Shown here piece after piece: positions 18,825 to 27,341 of a stretch of 63,746 nt of DNA (its first letter is position 1; the number at the start of each line of letters is the position of its first letter). The stretch spans positions 1 through 63,746 of the IMG/VR virus record IMGVR_UViG_3300007734_000746. One strand, written 5' to 3'. The notes beneath the pieces are model-generated. The model did no database searches, was not told where the DNA came from, and saw only the letters and a list, made by a program, of their open reading frames with translations. A program made the translations under genes and the position numbers. The stretch comes from a virus. Its lineage: Duplodnaviria > Caudoviricetes.

Positions 18825-19069
18825 AATACGTCTACCACACAGACCCTGGCCACGGCTGGATTGAAGTGCCGATTGTGGAGCTGGCCCGCTTGCAGCTCAA
18901 ACCTAGCCCCTATTCCTACTGCAAAGGGACCACGGCATACCTAGAGGAAGACTGCGACGCCAGCGCATGGGCTGAAGCAAAACGCGCAGCCGGTGAACCC
19001 TTCGAGCTGGTAACAAAAAACGTAAACCATGACCACCCTATCCGCAATTACTCACGCTTTGGAGGCTAA
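18821..19069 (+). CDS. Conserved early protein (DPGHGW/YLEEDCD motifs)
   Basis: Start MKYVYHTDPGHGW at 18821; motif recalled from mobile-element leading regions. Confidence 0.7.
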   Translation: MKYVYHTDPGHGWIEVPIVELARLQLKPSPYSYCKGTTAYLEEDCDASAWAEAKRAAGEPFELVTKNVNHDHPIRNYSRFGG

Positions 19070-19072
19070 GCA

Positions 19073-19282
19073 ATGACGAACCAAAAACAAATTCGCGCCG
19101 CATTTTGGGCCGCGCACCCTACCCTAATTCGCCGCCGCCACCGATACGCTTGGAGCGCGAGCGATAAAACTGCCGAGCTTGTTCACCATGTCGATGCGCG
19201 TTGCGCTTTTGCCGATTACATCGACCAGCTGGCCCGCGATGGCATTATCTCCAACGAACTAGCCCAAAGGGTAACGCTATGA
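19073..19282 (+). CDS. Hypothetical early protein
   Basis: 69 aa, GGAGG RBS; R.AF..YID.L.RDG.IS..LA..VTL. Confidence 0.65.
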   Translation: MTNQKQIRAAFWAAHPTLIRRRHRYAWSASDKTAELVHHVDARCAFADYIDQLARDGIISNELAQRVTL

Positions 19283-19449
19283 ACGAATTACACCCACTAT
19301 TTGCGGCCATCCTGAGGCCCTACACGCCGCCCGAACCTACGCCTGAGGCCATAGACGCCGCGATGCTGGCCGACAAACTGGCCGACGGATACAACCGGCG
19401 GAACATCGAGCGCGCAATCAAGCTCGAATTAAAAAACCCGAGGGATTAA
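19279..19449 (+). CDS. Hypothetical early protein
   Basis: MNELHPLF start with ATGA overlap. Confidence 0.55.
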   Translation: MNELHPLFAAILRPYTPPEPTPEAIDAAMLADKLADGYNRRNIERAIKLELKNPRD

Positions 19450-19453
19450 AACC

Positions 19454-20143
19454 ATGCAATACACTTTTATCCGCGCATCTAACAACCGCAAAACCGGCCC
19501 TATTCCCCAAACCTATAGCCCGCGTGCCAGCTGCCCGCCCAGCTGCGCCCACTATGGCGACGACTGTTATGGGGAGGATTTCTACACCCGTATGCAATGG
19601 GACAAAGTCCCAGCGCGAGGCGTGCCCATCGACCAGCTGGCCGGACATATTCGCAGCCTGCCGCCGCGTACGCTATGGCGTCACAATGTAGCGGGCGACC
19701 TTCCAGGCTTAGGGGAGGACGTCGACGCCTACGAGCTGGGGCAAATAGTGGCCGCCAATATTGGCCGCCGAGGGTTCACCTATACCCATAAGCAAAGCGC
19801 CCAGGCTATCAATTGGGCTCGCCATGCTACCGCTTGGGGATTTACTGTAAACCTAAGCGCCGACGACGCCGGACACGCCGACGCGCTAAGCGGGCAGGGT
19901 TTGCCGGTAGTGTGCATAGTCCCCAGCGATACGCCGAAGCTCTCATATACGCCAGCTGGACGCCGCATTGTCGTATGCGAGGCCCAAACCCGCGACGAGG
20001 CAACGTGCGAAAACTGCGGCAATTGGGATGCATGGTGCGCGCGCCCCGAGCGTGATTTTATCGTTGGGTTTCGCGCCCACGGAACCAAAGCAAAACGCAC
20101 CGACCAGTTGGCGCGCAAAGTAATCCCCATCCTGAAAGGCTAA
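19454..20143 (+). CDS. Fe-S/radical-SAM-like phage protein (GP88/DUF7227-related)
   Basis: N.KTGPIP..SCPPSC......CY, RHNVAGD, YTH, NLSAD, C-terminal C..TC.NC...C..GF.AHG. Confidence 0.6.
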   Translation: MQYTFIRASNNRKTGPIPQTYSPRASCPPSCAHYGDDCYGEDFYTRMQWDKVPARGVPIDQLAGHIRSLPPRTLWRHNVAGDLPGLGEDVDAYELGQIVAANIGRRGFTYTHKQSAQAINWARHATAWGFTVNLSADDAGHADALSGQGLPVVCIVPSDTPKLSYTPAGRRIVVCEAQTRDEATCENCGNWDAWCARPERDFIVGFRAHGTKAKRTDQLARKVIPILKG

Positions 20144-20146
20144 ACC

Positions 20147-20362
20147 ATGCTACACCTAACCCACACCGGATTTTATGCTGGGCGCCCTATTTGCGGCGCC
20201 GAGCGCAGCCCTCAGGATACCCACTTGCACGCGGTATACGCGCCGCTAAACAATGCCGAGCTGCGCGGCCAAGTATGCCCCGATTGTCTAAAAATATGGG
20301 CTAACTCATACGACGACGAACCGGCGCCCGATTGGGTCCAAGCCTTGAAGGCGGCAGCGTGA
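20147..20362 (+). CDS. Small Zn-binding protein
   Basis: ICG..HAVY..CPDC. Confidence 0.6.
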   Translation: MLHLTHTGFYAGRPICGAERSPQDTHLHAVYAPLNNAELRGQVCPDCLKIWANSYDDEPAPDWVQALKAAA

Positions 20363-20550
20363 ACCACCCCGAAGCCTACTACATCGACGCGGGTTACCGA
20401 TACGAACGTATATCGGCGCCCGCCAATCGAATCAAAAGGGCAAAGGAGCTGCAAGCCCTAATCGCCGCCGAAACGCCCGATAACCGCACCCTGGCCCGCG
20501 AGCTCATCCAGCGAGGCCGGAAAGAATTCCAACTTAACGCAAAAGGCTAA
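20359..20550 (+). CDS. Hypothetical early protein
   Basis: GTG start overlapping the upstream TGA; YIDAGY.YER motif. Confidence 0.55.
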   Translation: MNHPEAYYIDAGYRYERISAPANRIKRAKELQALIAAETPDNRTLARELIQRGRKEFQLNAKG

Positions 20551-20553
20551 AAA

Positions 20554-20739
20554 ATGAAAACATCCACCGACCTATTGACCCAGCTCAGATTCCAAATGAT
20601 TCAAATGGAAGAGTTACGCGAGGCGCTCGACCGCTTGGCATATTGGGCGGGAATGAACACCCAGCACCTACCCGACGCCGCCATGACCGAGGAGCTGATA
20701 GACGCCACGCACGCCGCCCGCCAATTGCTCGACCAGTAA
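20554..20739 (+). CDS. Hypothetical early protein
   Basis: 61 aa helical ORF within the operon. Confidence 0.6.
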   Translation: MKTSTDLLTQLRFQMIQMEELREALDRLAYWAGMNTQHLPDAAMTEELIDATHAARQLLDQ

Positions 20740-20740
20740 A

Positions 20741-20783
20741 CCCTTAAAGCCTCACGCGTGGGGCTTTGGGGGCGATATTGCCC
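20741..20783 (+). promoter_or_regulatory. Hairpin + GGGCGnTATTGCCC element, copy 1
   Basis: 14-15 bp stem immediately after a stop codon, then a 14-bp near-palindrome. Confidence 0.65.
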
Positions 20784-20805
20784 AACATTAACAGGAGTTA
20801 AAGTT
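20784..20805. promoter_or_regulatory. 22-bp palindromic site overlapping an RBS
   Basis: AACATTAACAGGAGTTAAAGTT is the exact reverse complement of 16856-16877; ATG follows at 20806. Confidence 0.75.
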
Positions 20806-21018
20806 ATGGATACCCACAAGCTGGTCCGCACAGACGGAACGCCCGCCACGATAGGCGACATCTACATCACTAACCGGCTGGAGAGTTACGAGCTAACCGG
20901 CGGTCGGCCACCGCAGCACCCAGCCAGCACCGGCAGGGTTTATGTAAGGGAAGCAAAAGACGGGTTTACACGGGAATTCTTTCCCTCTGTGATTGGACTC
21001 AAGTGGGAGGAAGTATGA
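20806..21018 (+). CDS. Hypothetical early protein
   Basis: AGGAG RBS; GGRPP.HP.STGRVYV..EFFPSV.GLKW. Confidence 0.7.
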   Translation: MDTHKLVRTDGTPATIGDIYITNRLESYELTGGRPPQHPASTGRVYVREAKDGFTREFFPSVIGLKWEEV

Positions 21019-21194
21019 AACGCTGCGACCATCTATTAGCTGATAGCTGGTGGGAACATGATGGCCGAGGCATTCCCTTGGCCAGGGTTTGCGATAAGTG
21101 CTATGACGCCGTTATGGCCCGCTATGACCCAAAAATATTTGAGGTCTACAACCAATCCGATGTTGACGAACCAATTGAGGGGGACGAATGGTAA
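21015..21194 (+). CDS. Small Cys-containing protein
   Basis: WE.DGRGIPLARVC.KC; GGAGG RBS. Confidence 0.65.
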   Translation: MKRCDHLLADSWWEHDGRGIPLARVCDKCYDAVMARYDPKIFEVYNQSDVDEPIEGDEW

Positions 21195-21382
21195 TAACAA
21201 AACCCCAAGATATAGCACTCTACCGGCTTTTGACGCTGCGAACAGGGTTAAAGCTGGAGATACGCGGCCTAAAGGTAAGCAAAGGGCGCTCGTGCTATGC
21301 AATCATAAAACAGGAATTCGGATTCAAAGGCGATAAAGCCAGCGTGCTAGAGCAATTCGAAAATTACCTATCCGGCCAGTAA
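21188..21382 (+). CDS. Hypothetical early protein
   Basis: LKLEI.GLK.S.GRS.YA.IK..FG.KG. Confidence 0.65.
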   Translation: MVITKPQDIALYRLLTLRTGLKLEIRGLKVSKGRSCYAIIKQEFGFKGDKASVLEQFENYLSGQ

Positions 21383-21385
21383 GCA

Positions 21386-21426
21386 CTTCAAGCCCAGCGT
21401 GCTGGGTTTGAGGGGCGCTATTGCCC
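21386..21426 (+). promoter_or_regulatory. Hairpin + GGGCGnTATTGCCC element, copy 2
   Basis: CTTCAAGCCCAGC/GCTGGGTTTGAGG stem followed by GGGCGCTATTGCCC. Confidence 0.65.
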
Positions 21427-21446
21427 TATAAAAGAAGGAGTAAGCC

Positions 21447-22004
21447 ATGCCAAACTGGTGTGCAAATTCGTGCCGCATGACGGCTTCGCAAGACAACCCC
21501 ATGATGGGGAAGATACTGGACGAACTAAAAAAAGGCAAAGATGCCCAGTGGTTTCAGGCAGTTAAGCCTGTGCCGCAGCCGCTGATGGATGCCCTCGCAA
21601 CCCACGGAGAAATGTCAGACGAACAAAAGAAACTGGTGGAGGAATTTGGGCATCGTAGCTGGTATGACTACTGCATCGCAGAGTGGGGCACCAAGTGGGA
21701 TGCGTCAATAGAACGCTATGTGCAAGATGGCGACTCTATCATTGTTTACTTTGACACGGCATGGGCACCGCCCGAAGGAATCTACGCTGCAATGGAGGCC
21801 GCGGGAATTGAGGTAGAAGCCACCTACATTGAGCAAGGCGTAGGTTTTATGGGATACCGCAAAGATGGCATCGACCATATGTGCGATACGCCTGATTACG
21901 AAGAAAATGAGGACGGCGAACCAACCGAAGCCTACTACGAAGCAATCAACGAGGTTTGGGAAGATGCTGGCATGAACCACGCACCCAGCAACATGGGAGG
22001 CTGA
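21447..22004 (+). CDS. DUF1281/YubB ferredoxin-like protein
   Basis: MPNWC.N, WY....WGTKW, FDTAWAPP, Y.E.G..F.G motifs. Confidence 0.8.
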   Translation: MPNWCANSCRMTASQDNPMMGKILDELKKGKDAQWFQAVKPVPQPLMDALATHGEMSDEQKKLVEEFGHRSWYDYCIAEWGTKWDASIERYVQDGDSIIVYFDTAWAPPEGIYAAMEAAGIEVEATYIEQGVGFMGYRKDGIDHMCDTPDYEENEDGEPTEAYYEAINEVWEDAGMNHAPSNMGG

Positions 22005-22005
22005 T

Positions 22006-22239
22006 ATGAACCTAGATTACAACGTATTCGCAGTTGACTACCGCCGTAACGTCGGCAGCGCATCGCCCCAAACTGTATCGCAGTTTATCGAGAGACTGAA
22101 GGACGATATGGAGGGAGAAGTAGACCATGACGCCCTTTATGAAGAGTTTTCTGAAAACTACACCAGCATCATGGACGCATTGGGAATGTGGGAAGCCGGT
22201 GCGGCCCACGCTCGCAAACTTATGAAAGAACAGAAATGA
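22006..22239 (+). CDS. Hypothetical protein
   Basis: 77 aa, GGAGG RBS. Confidence 0.6.
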   Translation: MNLDYNVFAVDYRRNVGSASPQTVSQFIERLKDDMEGEVDHDALYEEFSENYTSIMDALGMWEAGAAHARKLMKEQK

Positions 22240-22415
22240 AAACATTTAATTTTTCAGCCAATGGGCTAGATTTTGGAAAATGGGTGGCACAGACTCAAAA
22301 AGACGCGCAAGACGCATTCGCGTCCGATGCGGGTTATAAATCGTGGACCGATATGTGCGAGCGCGCTGAAGAATTCGGCGGAAACAATGTAGAAATTAAA
22401 GAGGTGAGAGCATGA
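22236..22415 (+). CDS. Hypothetical protein
   Basis: MKTFNFSANG start, ATGA-coupled; AFA.DAGY. Confidence 0.55.
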   Translation: MKTFNFSANGLDFGKWVAQTQKDAQDAFASDAGYKSWTDMCERAEEFGGNNVEIKEVRA

Positions 22416-22709
22416 TTTACCGCATTTACAACCACAACCATACCCTGCTGGGGGAATTCAAGACGCAGAAAGAGGCCAATAAAGAGGCCATGCTCTATAT
22501 GCGCGAAACAGGCAATGCCGCCTATGTAATGAAAGAGAAGCTATGAAAGTCACTTTTACCTACAAACAAATGGAAGCATTCGCGCTGGGCTACTACCACG
22601 CCCGCAGCGGCCAGCATGAGCAAAACGACTTTATGACGCCGCTAGAGATATGGTCCTACCACCGAGGCTACGATACTGGCGTCCAGGCGCTGAAGCTGGA
22701 GGTATCGCC

Positions 22710-22904
22710 ATGAAAACGAGAGAAGAAATGGTCTACGAACTGACAAAGCACGAACTGGAGTACCTGTTTGACATGAATGGGGATTTTGATGATGTTGTGC
22801 AATTTTTTGCCGTTGGTGGATTTAACGCCTACAAAGACAAAGAGTTACAAAAAAAATGGGAATTCCTATTTACCGACACTTTTCCACAAGGAGCGCAAGC
22901 ATGA
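22710..22904 (+). CDS. Hypothetical protein
   Basis: MKTREEM start with GGAGG RBS. Confidence 0.55.
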   Translation: MKTREEMVYELTKHELEYLFDMNGDFDDVVQFFAVGGFNAYKDKELQKKWEFLFTDTFPQGAQA

Positions 22905-23086
22905 CACTCGAAGATGGTGATTACGAACTGGTGGACGGCGCAGCTTGGCTTGCCGTCAGAGGCTTTTCGGTGCGTATCTTTAGCACCGATAACGGCATTG
23001 ATGTACGCATCTACAAGAATGGAGCGGAGGACGAAGGCGCTATCGCAGCCACCTTTGCCGCAGATTCTGAATTGGAGGGACTATGA
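22901..23086 (+). CDS. Hypothetical protein
   Basis: MTLEDGDY start with AGGAG RBS. Confidence 0.6.
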   Translation: MTLEDGDYELVDGAAWLAVRGFSVRIFSTDNGIDVRIYKNGAEDEGAIAATFAADSELEGL

Positions 23087-23451
23087 ACCCACGAATCAAA
23101 CAAAGATGGCTGGAAGCTCTCCGCAGCGGAGAGTACAAGCAGACCACGGAAAACCTACGCGATATCAATGGATTTTGCTGCCTAGGTGTTTTGTGCGACC
23201 TTCATGCAAAAGAACGCGGCACGAACTGGGAGCAACTCATTGACTCCTATCAACTGTACGGAGAAACCCAAACACTTCCGCTATCAGTACAGGAATGGGC
23301 TGGGCTAGACAATGATATAGGCGGCATGGTCGATTTTGAGTACGAAAGTGATGGTGTTATGTACGTTAAATCGGATTCTTTGCCTGAGCTAAACGACAGT
23401 TGGAACAAAAACTTTAACGAGATTGCAGATCTAATTGAAGCTCAGCTTTAG
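23083..23451 (+). CDS. Conserved phage protein
   Basis: W.EALRSGEYKQ....L......CCLGVLC..ND....F.EIAD.IE. Confidence 0.75.
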   Translation: MNPRIKQRWLEALRSGEYKQTTENLRDINGFCCLGVLCDLHAKERGTNWEQLIDSYQLYGETQTLPLSVQEWAGLDNDIGGMVDFEYESDGVMYVKSDSLPELNDSWNKNFNEIADLIEAQL

Positions 23452-24233
23452 AAAAACGGACGGAGGGATTCGGCAGCGGCCATGCTGCCTACCCTCTGCT
23501 CAAAATCGTTGAAATCTTCCCCAGCCTCTCCTAGCCAGTAGCGAGAGGCTATTTTTTTAGCAGTCCCTACGCCCATCGGGTCGTTATCGGCCACCACAAT
23601 CGGGTTATTCAACCCTTTGGCTATCTCCAGCATATTCCCAGCCGAGAAACAAACGTGGATTGTGTACCGCTGCCGCGCCAGCTTCAGCGCTCGACGCACC
23701 GATAAACCCGTCGCCAGCCCCTCAACTAGAACGTCCGGCCCCTTGTTGTCAATGACCAGGCTCGCCCCTTTGGTCTGCTGCCCTGACAAAAAGCGTTTCG
23801 TTCCGTCTGTGTGTATTAGCTGGAGGCCAACTAGGTTGCCAGCCACCCGCATGGGGACAGTCAGCAGCCCCTTCCAAACTTTAGCTGGCTCTGGAAATCC
23901 TTTTCGGACCAAGTAAGGGTGCTGCTCGACTTTAACATTGTTAAAGATGAAAGCCGCCTTTTTAGCCGCCTCGGCCTGTTGTTTTACCCTATCCTCGCGC
24001 TGCTTTTGGCGCTTGGCCGCAGCCTGTGGGTCCGGCACGAATGGTTTATCAGAAACGTACCTAATTGGAGACTGGTGGACTGCGTGGTTCTGTATGAGGC
24101 CATTTCTGCCGTCAAATATGTACGCGCCGTTCTTCTTCCGTGGGTGGTCCTCTGTTGGGACTCTCACCCAGCGGCCCTCAATCACATGGTCTATTAAAAG
24201 GCCATTTTCTCTAGCAAAATCTTCAAAGCTCAT
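23448..24233 (-). CDS. Toprim-domain primase
   Basis: HPYL..KG, LQ.I..DG.K.F..G, EGLATG, ADND, DFND motifs. Confidence 0.85.
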   Translation of the reverse strand: MSFEDFARENGLLIDHVIEGRWVRVPTEDHPRKKNGAYIFDGRNGLIQNHAVHQSPIRYVSDKPFVPDPQAAAKRQKQREDRVKQQAEAAKKAAFIFNNVKVEQHPYLVRKGFPEPAKVWKGLLTVPMRVAGNLVGLQLIHTDGTKRFLSGQQTKGASLVIDNKGPDVLVEGLATGLSVRRALKLARQRYTIHVCFSAGNMLEIAKGLNNPIVVADNDPMGVGTAKKIASRYWLGEAGEDFNDFEQRVGSMAAAESLRPFF

Positions 24234-25693
24234 GCTCTAGCCTTTGCCCAAGCGATGTTGCGACTCTTAATCCATTGCAATGTCTTGAAGCTGGGAGTCT
24301 TTATAGCCGCCTCAAGGCCGCGAGGAAACGCGCCATACTTTTCTTTGTACTTGTGTGCAGCCCAGCCGTCTTTGTAGCCACGCATACGACTGTAGTACAG
24401 AATTTCTGAATAGAACCTTTGATTTTCTGCAATGAAATTCTTTTGTCCCGTATCCAACTCTATCATTTGGCCTGGTACGTTTAGCACCTCTTTCATGGGA
24501 CGAGTCCAGCCACACTGGCCGCAAACTCGGTCCGGCCATATCCAAAGCGCACCGCAGCCGCCGCACTTGGATTCTTTTTTTACCTTCTCGGTAGGCTCTT
24601 TCTTGGCTGATTCAGCGCCGTCATGCAGTTCTTTGACGCCTTCCTCAAACAATCCGTCCCACTCTTTCCTGAAGCGCAAATAGTTTCCTGAATGGTCTAG
24701 CCAGACGCCATGCGTTTTACCCTCGCAAGGCCGCATGATTCGGCCCATCTGTTGTACATGGGAGGAAAAGGACTTGGAAAACGGCCTCGCTGACACGCCT
24801 ATCAGCACATCAGGGACGTCAAAACCTCTAGTTAGTATGTCGGTGGCAATCAGCCCATGAATTTTTGTGTCAGGGGCGCTGAAGTCCTCAATTGTCTCCC
24901 TTTTGAAGTCATCATCTTCCTTGTAAGAGATAGAAACGAAGTTATACCCGCGCTCGTTAAACTGCCTAACAAGGTCGCGTCCATGCTCTACGCCGGAGGC
25001 AAACACCACAGTCTTTTTAGGACCGCCAAACAGTTGGTTGGTCTTGTTTATCCACTCTTCAACTATGTCGCCTGTAATCTTCATGCCGCGCTCTGTTGCC
25101 TCGTTCTGCGACCATTCTCCGGCCACTTTCTTAGCCCCGCTCATGTCGATTTCTTTGGCTATAAAAATCTTAAGAGGAACCAACCACTTCTCTTCTATCA
25201 ATTCCCCTGTTGGCTTTGCTCCGACTACATTGGTGTATGTAGAGCCCAGGCCATTTGTGAAGGGTGTAGCGGTAAGGCCAATCACCCGAATTTCAGAGTG
25301 TTCCTTGATGAATTCAATTACCTGTTTGCGCTGGACATGGCACTCATCAATGATGATGAGTCCAACATTGGGGAAGTCATCCCTACGTTCCAATGTCTGC
25401 GCGCTGCACACTTGGATTCTTTCATAGGGACGATAACGCCAATGGCCAGATTGCATCACGCCGTGGTTGATGCCGTACTTGGATAGGCGCGTGCTGGTTT
25501 GGTTAACCAACACAATCCTATCTAACACCATCGCAACCCTGACGCCTTTTTTAGCCTCTTGAACCATGATGTGCATGGCTACTTCTGTTTTGCCAAAACC
25601 TGTCGGGGCGTACAACAGTTGGCAGCGGTGCTGGGAGAAGCCCTGTTCGAGCTTCTCCACCACATCCGCTTGATGTGGTCTTAAATTAATCAT
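24230..25693 (-). CDS. Superfamily 2 DNA helicase
   Basis: LRPHQ, APTGFGKT, DECH, LTATP, GFDVP, QQMGR motifs and Zn finger; start 25693 with AGGAG RBS. Confidence 0.93.
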   Translation of the reverse strand: MINLRPHQADVVEKLEQGFSQHRCQLLYAPTGFGKTEVAMHIMVQEAKKGVRVAMVLDRIVLVNQTSTRLSKYGINHGVMQSGHWRYRPYERIQVCSAQTLERRDDFPNVGLIIIDECHVQRKQVIEFIKEHSEIRVIGLTATPFTNGLGSTYTNVVGAKPTGELIEEKWLVPLKIFIAKEIDMSGAKKVAGEWSQNEATERGMKITGDIVEEWINKTNQLFGGPKKTVVFASGVEHGRDLVRQFNERGYNFVSISYKEDDDFKRETIEDFSAPDTKIHGLIATDILTRGFDVPDVLIGVSARPFSKSFSSHVQQMGRIMRPCEGKTHGVWLDHSGNYLRFRKEWDGLFEEGVKELHDGAESAKKEPTEKVKKESKCGGCGALWIWPDRVCGQCGWTRPMKEVLNVPGQMIELDTGQKNFIAENQRFYSEILYYSRMRGYKDGWAAHKYKEKYGAFPRGLEAAIKTPSFKTLQWIKSRNIAWAKARA

Positions 25694-25728
25694 GCTTTCT
25701 CCTGCTGGGAAACCGCCCAGCTTCGGTG

Positions 25729-26544
25729 TTATGCGGCCTTTTCGGCTCTGCGCTTCCAATAGTTTATCTGCTTTAGCATCTCTGCGTTTTTAGCCATGAA
25801 CTCATCCCTGCTATGTGTCACGGATTTGAGTTTAGCCTCCAACTCTTTGACTTGCTCGCGCAACGACTCAATGGTTTCTTGGACCTCAGCTCGCGCCTCT
25901 TCTGAAACAGGCAAGGACCGCACGGCCAGCATATCTTTGAGCTTTGTGTTCTCTTCAGATACCGCGCTGATTTCTGTAGCCAGCTCATTGAGCTTATCTT
26001 CTTCTTCAAATTCAGGCTCGGGATAAGCCGCAGGAAGGGCGGCGGGCTTGCGGCCAATGTTGGAAGTGTCACGGCGTTTGCCATCTTTACCAACAGAGGT
26101 TTCCTTCTTCAACCCCAAGGCTTTGCGTACACGGCCAACAGTCATGTTGCTGACCAGGCAAATCTGAGCAATCTGTGTGTCGGATAAATCACCCAACTCA
26201 ATGTCTTCAAGCGCAAGCTGGACAACGTAGCGGCGCTCTTCAGGCGTCCTAGCTTTGCCATGTTGTGCGTTAGCTTTGAGCGAGGCAATAAAGGCGTCAC
26301 GCTTTGTGCCTTGAATGACGTTGGAGTCAATGTCTTTGTGGCCTGCACGTTTGTGTGCGTGCCAGCGGTGAAAGCCATCGGAAAGCCAATAATGTTTGCC
26401 GTCAAAATGCAAATCGACTGGAGGGAACTCTTGCCCTTCAAGTATCTCTTCGGTGTAGTGCTGGACCAGGGTTTCGTCTAGCTCTTTGCGGGGCTGTGTT
26501 CCACCATCAAGGCGGATTTTTGTAAGCAAGATTTTTTCAGTCAT
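25729..26544 (-). CDS. ParB-N-domain protein with HTH and coiled coil
   Basis: TQPR..FPPV..LSDGFHRW; HTH LSDTQIAQICLVSNMTVGRVR. Confidence 0.8.
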   Translation of the reverse strand: MTEKILLTKIRLDGGTQPRKELDETLVQHYTEEILEGQEFPPVDLHFDGKHYWLSDGFHRWHAHKRAGHKDIDSNVIQGTKRDAFIASLKANAQHGKARTPEERRYVVQLALEDIELGDLSDTQIAQICLVSNMTVGRVRKALGLKKETSVGKDGKRRDTSNIGRKPAALPAAYPEPEFEEEDKLNELATEISAVSEENTKLKDMLAVRSLPVSEEARAEVQETIESLREQVKELEAKLKSVTHSRDEFMAKNAEMLKQINYWKRRAEKAA

Positions 26545-26704
26545 TTTTTTCCTTCAGTAGTTGGCGCAGTTGCACCATTGCGTCTTTGAGGTCGCCCTGC
26601 AATTGCATGATGGCCTCTTGTTGTGCCTGCATCCTCTTGTAAGAATCAGATGCAAACTTTGCTAGGTTTTCATTGGACCAAGCTGCGAAATTCGGCATGT
26701 CCAT
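26537..26704 (-). CDS. Small coiled-coil protein (55 aa)
   Basis: MDMPNFAAWSNENLAKFA..., translated by hand; AGGAG RBS. Confidence 0.65.
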   Translation of the reverse strand: MDMPNFAAWSNENLAKFASDSYKRMQAQQEAIMQLQGDLKDAMVQLRQLLKEKND

Positions 26705-26962
26705 TCATCTCCTTTCGTTTAACGGTTTTTTAACTGGTTTGGGGCAATTCTTTGGGGGTACGATAGCACGCCAAACAGCCTGCGCTGGCTCGCTTTGCTT
26801 TGCTTCTGTCCACCTATCAATGTATGTGTCAGGCATATTTCGCAGAGCTTGGTACGCAGAACCTTTTTTGATGCCAAGGGTTTCCGCTATAGATCTTACT
26901 GTGAGGCCATCACTATGTCGGCGCAGCAACCGCCGAATATTTGGATGATTTGGGGGGATCAT
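26705..26962 (-). CDS. HTH DNA-binding protein
   Basis: DGLTVRSIAETLG....AYQAL..MPD.YIDRW. Confidence 0.6.
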   Translation of the reverse strand: MIPPNHPNIRRLLRRHSDGLTVRSIAETLGIKKGSAYQALRNMPDTYIDRWTEAKQSEPAQAVWRAIVPPKNCPKPVKKPLNERR

Positions 26963-27144
26963 TTATCATTTGCCTTCATTTCTTTTATGGCTGACATCAT
27001 GTCGGAAATGGCGGTAATCGCCATCGCGCACTCATCAAGGGCGTCATCATACTGCTTGTCTAACATCTTCAAATGCACTTCTTTTAAGGCTTGCTCGGCC
27101 CTCATACATGGAAGTGCGTAGTCAATTACTTTTTCAATTTTCAT
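26959..27144 (-). CDS. Hypothetical protein
   Basis: IDYA.P.M.AE.ALK motif; coupled to neighbours. Confidence 0.6.
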   Translation of the reverse strand: MKIEKVIDYALPCMRAEQALKEVHLKMLDKQYDDALDECAMAITAISDMMSAIKEMKANDK

Positions 27145-27341
27145 TTGCTTTTTACTTTCTTGTGGTCCATAGCTCCTGGTCGGGAACAATCGTTTTTTGG
27201 CGGCTCATACACGGGCCTATCCCAAATGCTAAACGTGGGCGGCAGCGCCTCATTTTCTGCGCGTTGCCTTGGCTCCCAAGGGTCTTTTAACCCAAGGTCT
27301 TTGCGATGGATGGAGTTATCATTTCTAGGTATAAAGGTCAT
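27141..27341 (-). CDS. Hypothetical protein
   Basis: Y.PP....RPGA.DH motif. Confidence 0.55.
   Translation of the reverse strand: MTFIPRNDNSIHRKDLGLKDPWEPRQRAENEALPPTFSIWDRPVYEPPKNDCSRPGAMDHKKVKSK

Noticed and set aside
20741-21426. Integron attC sites
   Set aside because: No paired RYYYAAC/GTTRRRY ends and no integron integrase
23929-23949. Additional copy of the 22-bp palindrome
   Set aside because: Spacer is 3 nt rather than 4 and the outer bases deviate, so it was not counted
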